Shown: in pieces, positions 54,424-64,000 of the stretch | Layout: each line of letters starts with the position of its first letter | Position numbering within the stretch: the first letter of the stretch is position 1 | Assembly: GCF_006345805.1 (NCBI RefSeq) | Contig: NC_043008.1 | Span: forward strand, 44,330,001 to 44,394,000 | Source: Octopus sinensis | Taxonomy: Eukaryota | DNA length: 64,000 nucleotides | Direction: 5' to 3' | Program-made: the position numbers and the translations under genes | The notes under the pieces: model-generated | The model's database searches: none | What the model was told of the DNA's origin: nothing | Seen by the model: only the letters and a program-made list of their open reading frames with translations

Positions 54424-54928
54424 GATCTGTGTGTATTTATTTATACGTCTCTACACAACCATTCTATCCAATTTTCATTGATATTCCTACATTAAATGCG
54501 AAATGCCTGATGTATTTACATATTAACGCGAAAAAGACACGAGGCTTGTAAGTAATGAATATCTATTTAACGCATGACACATATTCTAATTCCAATATAT
54601 TCGCTACTTCTTATATATATATATTATATGTGAAATAGATATCCATCTATTACTATGAGATATGAAGAACCTTGCAGATAAAGCGCAGTCTTAAATCCTA
54701 TTCATATTCTGTAGAGTTTAAGTGTTTCGTGGGAAAATATACGAAAGTACAACAGTAAAGGAGGAATTGAAAAAAAAAGCAGATAACAACGGGAAAGCAA
54801 CTGGAAGAAATTATATATTGAACAAACGCACTCGCATTTGTCACACCAGTTACATTTGCATTTGTATATGCATAAGTTAAGCACATGCTCACATATATAC
54901 ATCTATGCCTGTCACTATATATACATAA

Positions 54929-55009
<81 letters not shown>

Positions 55010-55309
55010 TATGTATGTATATGTATGTATGTATGTATATATATACCCTTATACCTTGCAGATAAACCGCATTCTTAAATCATATATATATATATATGCA
55101 TACATATACACAAACACACATACATATATATATATATATATATTGCATATATGTTATATACATACAAATAGGAACTGCATTAAAATACAAGCATCTACAT
55201 ATATATGTATATATAGTAGTATTTTATATAAAGTTATATAATTATATAGGTACGTAGTGGTATCATTGATTTTGACGTGACCCTGAAGGTGCTTAAGAAA
55301 ATTTAACTT

Positions 55310-55342
<33 letters not shown>

Positions 55343-56059
55343 AGAAATGTCTATGCGTGTCTTGCATGTGTATCGTTTGTGCGTGTATGTGTGTATCTAT
55401 GTGTGTTTGTGTGTGTTTGCTTGCATATGATTGTTTGTGAATGTGTTTGGGTGCATAAATCAATTTGTGTGCGTCAGCTTGTTTTGCAGATTCTGTGTAT
55501 CCACCTGGGAATATTGCAGGCACTCACACACTTCACTTGATATTCTGAAATTCTTTTGCCGAAACCAACAATAAGAGAAAGTGAGAAAGCAAATATTGCC
55601 ACTTCTTTCTAAATTGAATTGATAAATGGATATTTGTGAATGATTTTAAATTCTACGCGATAAAAGATCGATAATAAAAGTTTTTCAACTTATTTTGGCA
55701 AATATTTCATTTTTCTACAACTTTTTCGAAAGCTTTCATTCTTAAGTACCCTATGTCTATAATTCCCATCTATTCATTTTTAGATAACTATGACATTTTA
55801 AAAGCTTACTTTACCAATATATTTATACGACTGTAGATAATTTCTCGGTAAATAAAACATTTGTAAAATAAATTATTGTCGTTATATAATTTTCACTGAA
55901 ATATATCTTTATTTACATATATAATTCCATCTTGAAAGTTGAGAGACTGTTGGATGATAGATTTGTATACAGACATTTTCTTATTAAATTTTAATTCATT
56001 TTTCCATCGCTGATTCAATATATACAGGTATGTGTGTCTGTTTTGTATATATGCGTATG

Positions 56060-56305
56060 GGTTCCCCAAGCTCACAACCTTTGCATCAATGGTCTCACTA
56101 TCTCTGCTGTCCCACACAAAGAATGCTGCGAATACTTAGGCATTGACGAAAATATACCATACACAGGTACAGTGAATAAAGATAGAGTGACCCCAGAATA
56201 TTATGCGAATCTTAGAAAAATATGGCAATCTGAAATCTCTTCTTACAGTAAGCACATACCCTGCCATGTATTTGCTATGCTGGTATCGATTCCAACATAT
56301 TTGAC
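56060..56305 (+). mobile_element. R4/Dong-like non-LTR RT C-terminal fragment
   Basis: EYLGIDENIPYTGTVNKDRVTPEYYANLRKIWQSEISSYSK matches the YKYLG...Y..R.RKIW.SELS..NK pattern. Confidence 0.7.
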
Positions 56306-56647
56306 AGGTCTGTATAAACGTATCGCACGTTTATCCATTGGGGACTATTTTTCTAACTTTCTCAATGGCTTCTTAAATATTATTATTATTATTTTTTTTT
56401 TTGTGTGTGTGGTGTTTGTATTTCTGGTCATTCTTGTTGGGAAGGAGTGCTACTAATTCCTTTCTGATCTGCTGGTGAGTTCGTGATGGAGCATGATTTA
56501 AACTTCATTGTCTGTCTTTGAGTGCGGTGGTGGTGGTGGTGGTGGTGGGAGGGGGATTGTAAAGGAGTTAATTTGGTTTGAGAAAGAGTTTTTTCATTTA
56601 CGGGGTTAGATGCAATACTGATTAAGGTTATCTCTGTTGTGCGTTTA

Positions 56648-56726
56648 TCATCATCATCATCATCATCATCATCATCGTCATCATCGTCGTCGTCATCATC
56701 ATCATCATCATCATCATCATCGTCAC

Positions 56727-56765
<39 letters not shown>

Positions 56766-57410
56766 ATTCATCATCATTATCATCGTCATCCAGATCCCTT
56801 AACTGATGTTGCCAGCCCTTTGTGGTACCATCTTAGATGCTTTCGTAGTCAGCAGTCGCCCCTGCTCAGTTCGGTCTCATACGTTGCAGTTGCGTTATGT
56901 GGTATCCCGTCCAGGGCTTCATGTTGCCAAGCCAGGAATTTCTGTGGCTGCTTCTCTTTTGCCCTGCCTCCACTATGCCCTGAAGAACGATTTTGAACAA
57001 GGAGTTGTGACGGGATACACGACCATATCAGGCAAGCTTCTGTCTTTCTACAGTGTATTCATTGACATGATGCCTGCCAAATCTTTTCATTTTGTGCTCT
57101 GTGGACGGGATGTTTAGCAGCCTTCTGAAACAGTTGTGCTCAAATACCTGGATACTTCGCTCCATGTCAGCTGTAAGAGTTCAGCTCTCACAATCCATAC
57201 AGAAGGATGGAAGTCCCAAGATCTTGAACATTGTAAGTTTCCCAAGTCTTGTTGGAAATCTAATGCGATTGCTTTTCCATACAGCGTTCTGCAAAAGCTA
57301 AGCTGAGTCATATTACTTTATGACATCTGCCGTTCTTAGTCAAATTGGATCCTAAGTACATGAAAATGTCCACTTAGTCAAGTCTTTCTACATTCAGTGT
57401 AATGCTGCCG
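56648..57410 (-). mobile_element. RTE-clade LINE 3' portion with (TGA)n tail
   Basis: Minus strand: VDIFMYLGS...LYG(C)ES*TLTADMERSIQVFEHNCFRRLL...RQKLA*YGRVSRHNSLFKIVLQGIVE...W. The (CAT)n at 56648-56790 on + is the tail. Confidence 0.85.
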
Positions 57411-57426
57411 TGTTTTTTTTTTTGTT

Positions 57427-57820
57427 ACATTTAAACTATAACTGGTCCAGTTCTGTTTCTTATTCCCCAAAACACTGAGAGTCAGTCATCAATATTTCTT
57501 GATACTGAACTCGATTTACGCTCAATTGCTTATGAAACAGCATTTATCAGAGATGTATCCGCTCCCAGTCTTAACTATTGTCTGGCTCTGTGAGTTGATT
57601 ACATGCTTTATAAATATTGTCTCATAAACATTTGACTGATTTGCAGGCGGGTGTATTGGAATTGTTTTGTGAGTACATAGCATAAGACACCTGTGTTTTG
57701 TACCTGATGGGATTGAGAGAAATATCAAATCGAGAAGAGACACTCTTAAAAGAAATATTAATTACAGTCAGTGTTTTGGGGAATTAGAAACGGAAAGGGA
57801 ATAGTTATAATGTGAATGTT
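57427..57820. mobile_element. MITE-like element with ~75-bp imperfect TIRs
   Basis: GTTTCTTATTCCCCAAAACACTGA...AATATTTCTT (57427-57500) is the inverse of AAGAAATATT...TCAGTGTTTTGGGGAATTAGAAAC (57750-57820). Confidence 0.6.
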
Positions 57821-58615
57821 CTGGTGTCGTTTCTTTAAGCAATATCGGAGTAATTAAAATGGAAGTGCTTAAACAAGACGTTGAAACAGCACAACCTTGC
57901 TATCCCTGCTTGCTAACAGCATATCTCTTATTGTAAGTGATATGGCAGAAACATTAATAAAAATTATCAAATCAGCTGATGATAGCATATATTTATAAAC
58001 CTGAAGTACCCTTCAGCAAGATGCTCGCTTAACCCCAAGAACGATAGCAGCTAATGCATTTATTGCCTTCTAAATGAACATGTAATGCAGTCCCAGCGAT
58101 GAGAAGAGTACGTCTTCATTAATTACTGTTAACTTTCAAATGTGATACTGTATTTCACAAGTGAAACCAATTAAAATCCCACGTTAAATACTTCAACTAG
58201 ACAACCAAAATGATTACGCTTAATGATATAGAATTAATATTAACACGAATGGAATAGCATTAAGTCTGCCCTAAACATGAAACTACAGAAGTTCATCGAG
58301 GCAGGAAGAAGAGAGGAAAACTACATATAAACGCTACACATAAACATATTCGGGATATTGTCAGCACGTACGGCGTATCGTATTGCCAGAGAAATTATAC
58401 GAAGGAATACATTACGAAGAATTCGATACTATTTTACACGTCTATGCAACTATCCACACACAAGCAGGCACGCGAACACTCACACACACACACACACAAA
58501 CACTCACAATTTCTGCACACGCATGCGTTAACTTATCTATTTTAACGATAACCGTTTCATAAAGTATTCCCAGTTTAATCTACAGAAACACTATCAAATA
58601 TGGTTGTTTGTATAT

Positions 58616-58693
<78 letters not shown>

Positions 58694-58724
58694 GTATATA
58701 TATATATATATATGTATATATATA

Positions 58725-58755
<31 letters not shown>

Positions 58756-58756
58756 C

Positions 58757-58794
<38 letters not shown>

Positions 58795-59029
58795 ATATAT
58801 ATATATTATATATATATATATATATACATATATATATACATGTACATATGTGTGTATATATCTATGTGTGTATCTGTGTGTTATTAGTATACATTTAATA
58901 AACTGACGTTACAACATATTTTATTCATTCCAGATTTAAGGAGGCGGCTGCCACAGCCTTTTGAACAGATCCTCCTGAACACTGCTTATCACAGCCAGCT
59001 AGTTTGCAAAACGCAGTCGGAACGTGAAA

Positions 59030-60460
59030 ACAATTTAGAAGCGAGCTCTGCAATGAAGCTTTGTGTTAAACTGGGCAAAAACTCAACAGAACACTGTGCC
59101 ACGCTTCAGATTGTATCATGTATTAACTTGTATTTACGGAGCTTCTGCTTTTCACTGACAAAAGAGTTTCAAACACGGTAGAGAGACGATAAGAGTTGTG
59201 AGGATCCGATGTTTATTTGTTGATAAAATATAAGTTGAAAATAGAAAATAGAAATTGCGCTTTAGACGCACTTACCATTGAACCCTTGACCATTGATGAG
59301 AAAAGTGTTGGTTGTGCGCATGCGCGATTTAATTCATCCATATTGGAAGGGGACAAAATAAGTACCGAATGGCGGTTGATATAGATTTGTCAAGTAGGTT
59401 TCTGCATTTACTAGCATTATTGCTTGTCTTGATTACAGAAACGGATATTAAAGAAACTAACCAGGATCCCCTAAGTAACGGCGAGTGAACAGAGAGAAGC
59501 CCAACACCGAATCTCGTCGGCCGCGCCGGTTGCCGAGAGCTGTGGCGCAAAGGTCGTACTCGGTCGATCGGTTCGCCCGGCAAGGTTTAGAGTCCCCTCG
59601 ATCGGGGCTGCTCAGAGAGGGTGCCAGGCCCGTTCGAAGCCGGCGGCGATCGGCGGTGCTCTTCGGCCCGAAAGTAAGGATGCTTAGGAATCGCAGCCCA
59701 AACCGGAAAAGAACTTTGGAGAGAGAGTTCAAGAGACCATGAAACCGCCCAGGGCTAAACTTGTTTATCAGGCCTGGCTGAAAAGAATTCGCAATTTCTT
59801 ACATGAAGATCGTAATGTGTCTATAAGTATAATATGCATAGAATTTGGAGTTGGAGTGGCAACCGTACACAGAATTATTCTTGGAGATCTGAACACGTGC
59901 AAACTTTGTTTGCCGGGTGTTTGGTGACGAACAGAAGGTAAATTTTGTTGGTAACAGCAGGGAAAAGTTAACCCGATTACCTCAAATCAAGGAGTACTTG
60001 AGTCTCTGAGGACCTGTGAAGAACGTTGGATCTACTGTTATGATCCAGATACCAAGAGACAGAGTGCCCAATGGAAGCAGCTTGGCTCCACCAGACCCAA
60101 CAGGCTATGAAGGGTTTCAGGAAGAAGTTTCATCTCAAAACGCCAAAGATGTTCCATTCCGGCCGGTGATATCTGCAAAAGGGCAATGCACCCGTCTATA
60201 GTTTGACCCTTGTAAGCAACTCCCTGGCAGACATGGTCGTGAAAACTATCCTTCGGTTTCTCTACAGTCCACGCTTTTCTCCCAGAGACTTTTGATTGTT
60301 CCCCAACTGAAGAAAAGCCCAAGAAGGCGAATCTGGGGACATTTAGAAGATAAAGGTTGGTGTGAAAAGAGACCTGGACACTTTCACCTTGAAGTGCTTA
60401 TATGGAGAACTTCACAATGACGATGTAGATATAGATCTACAGGTGCAGTGACGTCAGCAG
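59030..60460 (+). mobile_element. Decayed mariner transposase interrupted by a ~550-bp insertion
   Basis: ARSAMKLCVKLGKNSTE (HTH), IRNFLHEDRNVSI...GVGVATVHRII, TCEERWIYCYDPDTKRQSAQWK, GNAPV and YSP...DF*LFP motifs appear in mariner order; many stops and frameshifts. Confidence 0.9.
59439..59760 (+). pseudogene. 28S rRNA 5' fragment (D1 region), internally deleted
   Basis: AAAGAAACTAACCAGGAT..CCCTAAGTAACGGCGAGTGAA, GCAGCCCAAA and GAAAAGAACTTTGGAGAGAGAGTTCAAGAG...GAAACCG are conserved LSU rRNA motifs. Confidence 0.9.
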
Positions 60461-60613
60461 ATCCTAATTTGAAAGAGATCAATGTTCTCTAGTCCATTGA
60501 ACCGAATAAATAACTCCTGAGAAAATCTGGAATGCACTTTGCACACACACACACTCACACACACATATATATATGCATGCGTGTATGTATTTATATACGT
60601 ATGCACACATTTG

Positions 60614-60693
<80 letters not shown>

Positions 60694-60783
60694 AATATAT
60701 GTGTGTATATATATATATATATACATAAATACATGTATATATATATATATATATATTTACACAAATATATATATATATGCATG

Positions 60784-60815
<32 letters not shown>

Positions 60816-62152
60816 ATATACATATATATGCGTATATACATATATACATATATACATACATATATATATATATGTATGTATGCATGTATGTATCTAGGTA
60901 TATATATATGAATATGTATATGTAGAAGTATATTTGTTCGTTTGTAAGTGATAACCTGTGTGTGTCTGATTATGTGTGTGTTTGTGCGTGTGAGAGATAA
61001 TGCAAATGCATGCAGTTTCAATAATTACAATCCATTTCACAAAAGTTCACTTTTAAATACATTAAATATATTTTAAAAGAATAAATAAAATCATCGATAA
61101 TCAGATGGAACTACCGACGAACTAATTATCACGAACATTCCAATTTACATAAGTATTTTTCACGAAACCACTCAAATATTATTGAATGTTATTTTACATG
61201 CAATGATAGGTATATCACCAAACATATACACGCATAAACACACATACAAACACAAAGACGCACACACACACACACGCGCATATTTACTTGCTTGCTTGCA
61301 CGAAGGCACGTATGATCATTAATTATATGTAAAGGAGCTAATTCTCTTTTCCTTTATGTATCTATAATCATTCGTATAATAACGAAATAAATCTGTAAAT
61401 TATACAATGTTTTATCAATAGACTTTCTTATAAATTCGTTTAACCTATCAGTTTTTGTAGGAACTATATTCTAATTTTGAATATTTCAAACTCTAAGAAT
61501 TATTTCCGTTCCTCATCTTATATAAAATTCAACTTTATCCTTCAACAACAACAATCCTTCCATCATATATTAATTTATATAATAATAACGTCTTTAAGTA
61601 CATTGTACCAAATAAAATTTCGCTGGTTTTGATGTAATCCTTTAATGTTCAACTTCTAAACTTTGATATAATGGAGAAAAGATTTCCTTAATGGAAAGCG
61701 AAGTCAATCTATTGGACTAGCATCAAGATTTCTGACATTCGCTTTACATTTCACATTTTTCCAAAGGAGCAAACACAAATGGTTGCAAATAATATTTTGT
61801 GCAACTAATTTTGTGAAACATGTCATAGATCACTTTTGCTATGATACAAACTGATATTCGGTTGCTGTTATCCTTCCGAAGCGTTCTAAGGATTTGTAGA
61901 TGATCGACAGCTGTTAGAAATCCGATTTGAAACATTACCGTTCTATGTTATTATCCTCTGCCATATTGCACGACAAAAAGTGTTATATGAAGACAAGATT
62001 TCCAGACAAGGCTGTGTTGTTAAAATCTGGTTTGAAAACACGTGGTTTCGAATTCAGTCCTACTCGTGGCTCCTTGAGTAAGCGTCTTCTACTAAAGACT
62101 CGACCCGATCACACCTTCTCTGGAAGTCTGCACGTACATATATACGTATATT

Positions 62153-62327
62153 GATTTCAAATTTTGGCACAATGGCAGCAGTGCTCAACTGGTACTTGTT
62201 CTAGTGTACTGGAATGAATGAAAGGTAATGGCAACCTCGGCAGTATTTGGACACAAAACGTAATAAGGGACGAAATGCCGTTAAATGTTTTGTCCGGTTT
62301 GCTAACAATTCTGCCAGCTCGCAGCCT
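62153..62327 (-). mobile_element. Decayed SINE family B (tail B2)
   Basis: TTTCAAATTTTGGCACAA tail; GCTAACAATTCTGCCAGCTCGC head. Confidence 0.65.
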
Positions 62328-62439
62328 TAATACATACCTATATCAATGAATGTATGTGTGTGAATGAATATATACACATACAGACACATATATGCATCTA
62401 TAAATATTTTTGTATGTTTGTGTGTATGTATGTGTGCAT

Positions 62440-62822
62440 GGGTGTTCATGATTATCGCTTCCCCCATTACACAACCGGCGTCAGTTTGTTGACATCCCGG
62501 ATCATGTCGGTCCAGCAAAACGTGGTCTATAGGATAAAAAGCAGATTTACGTAATTCCTAGCATCTGATCGATTTCTTCGGATACACCCATCAGGTGATT
62601 CTCCAGTATGGTGGCTATCCATTTGCTCAAAGAAGAGCGAAAGGTAAACCGGTGTTGGTAACATTGCGGCCCCGTACGATTGCGGTTCGGCATAAAGAAT
62701 GATAGAATTAGTACCAAGCTTGAAAAAATGCCCTTGTGTCTACTCGTCAGACTAAACTTTCCTCAAGGTGGTGCCCCAGCATGGCCGCTCTCTCAGACTG
62801 AAACGAGTCAAAGCGAAAGAAT
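62440..62822 (+). mobile_element. Two tandem decayed family A 3' halves
   Basis: ACAACCGGCGTCAGTTTGTT...CAAAA and AACCGGTGTTGG...GCGGTTCGGC...GGTGGTGCCCCAGCATGGCCGC...ACTGAAAC. Confidence 0.55.
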
Positions 62823-63336
62823 GTTGATCCTTTGGTCTTAGCTATGACTGTTAATTAATTTTGTGGTGTCTCTTTAATTCTTTTAAAGCATTTCCGACAT
62901 CTTACTGATTTGCAGCATGTGGAGGCATATTGTGAACAAATTGTTCATAAGTCCACTAGCAACCGTGACGTCGTGAGTTCGATCTCACTACATGAGATGA
63001 AGAGCAAGTGTGATTGTCTATAAGTTCGTGTCAACCCATATGTTCTGAGTGAAACACAGAAAACAAATGGGTAATAGAAATCCCTTCGTCTTGATTTTTA
63101 TATGAAATCTAAATGCCATCTTTGTTACACTATTTCTGCGTGACGATGAAACGGATAACTGTCTGGGGTATACACAGCCACTAACATGCGAATTAAAAGA
63201 ACCTTCTGTAAGTAGGTAAATGAATTATTGATCACCTGCGTTCGGAAATTCATTCCAAGATACCTGTTTTTCCTTTGGCAGGCATTATTTTGTGTTACAT
63301 AAGTTTTGATTATTTTAGTTGTGTTTGCGTAGGATA

Positions 63337-63377
<41 letters not shown>

Positions 63378-63379
63378 AT

Positions 63380-63834
63380 TCCAAAGTTTCTAATACCGTC
63401 TTGTTTACAAAGTACAAGATTGGTAGAATTGAGGGCTTCCTTATACAATCACAATTGCGCTGGGCTGACCATGTGGTCAGAATGAGTAACGAAAGAATGC
63501 CCTAAGCGCTTATGTACAGCCAGCTTGACAGTGGACACAAAAATGTTGGTCGACCATAGCTGAGATATAAAGACAAGCTGAAGAGTAACCTCTTAGTGAT
63601 GAAAATAGCTCGCAGCACCTTTGAGTGAACTGCATTGGTACGAAAAGAATGGTGTTAAAAACCTTTTTTACAACCAACATTAACAAGCTTCGGGGAGCAA
63701 GGCAAAGGAGAAAAGCAGCTGCAAATATACCACCTGCTCTGACCTGTAATCCTCATACTTGCAACCCCTGTGGTCTTCTTTGCAAATCGTTAGCGGGACT
63801 TAAATGTCACATTCGACATCAGCATTATAACTGA
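63380..63834 (+). mobile_element. RTE-clade LINE ORF C-terminal remnant with C2H2-like zinc finger
   Basis: IEGFLIQSQLRWADHVVRMSNERMPK...YSQLDSGHKNVGRP*LRYKDKLK...CNPCGLLCKSLAGLKCHIRH. Confidence 0.85.
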
Positions 63835-64000
63835 CAAAGAAAAAATACATTGTCGGAGTTTTTATTACCATCGTTTATTAATTATTGAATCTCTTTTTCT
63901 GGAAAATTTTCGAAGTAACGCTGGCATTTTTTATTTGCTGCCGACAAAAAGCTGCGCCTGCGCGGTGGGTTTGAAAACTTATAATGTGTAAGCACGAGGC

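Noticed and set aside
56637-56996. Poly-His protein
   Set aside because: (CAT)n is the tail of the antisense RTE LINE.
59439-59760. Functional rDNA unit
   Set aside because: Only ~320 bp, internally deleted, with no 5.8S/ITS or downstream 28S, and embedded in a transposon.

Overview
AT-rich, microsatellite-saturated eukaryotic DNA, most likely intronic or intergenic. The repeat content suggests a cephalopod (Octopus-like) genome; that assignment is inference from recalled repeat families, not a database result. No convincing intact protein-coding gene is visible, and nearly all listed ORFs are translations of (TA)n/(TG)n/(AAT)n/(GAA)n tracts or SINEs. The window holds many copies of three tRNA-derived SINE families (A, B, C; several with target-site duplications), plus decayed LINE fragments (RTE, R4/Dong-like, L2/CR1-like). 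It also holds Penelope-like remnants with hammerhead-ribozyme-like cores, three mariner fragments, a non-autonomous Helitron, a 1.5-kb tandem duplication and several inverted-repeat structures. Most notable: (i) a TSD-flanked chimeric insert carrying an internally deleted 28S rRNA 5' fragment inside a mariner transposase; (ii) eight hammerhead-like motifs, one with a 78-nt structured loop II and one pair arranged as an inverted repeat around (ATT)n; (iii) a ~3.5-kb element bounded by ~260-bp inverted repeats; (iv) two weak, phase-compatible candidate + strand exons.
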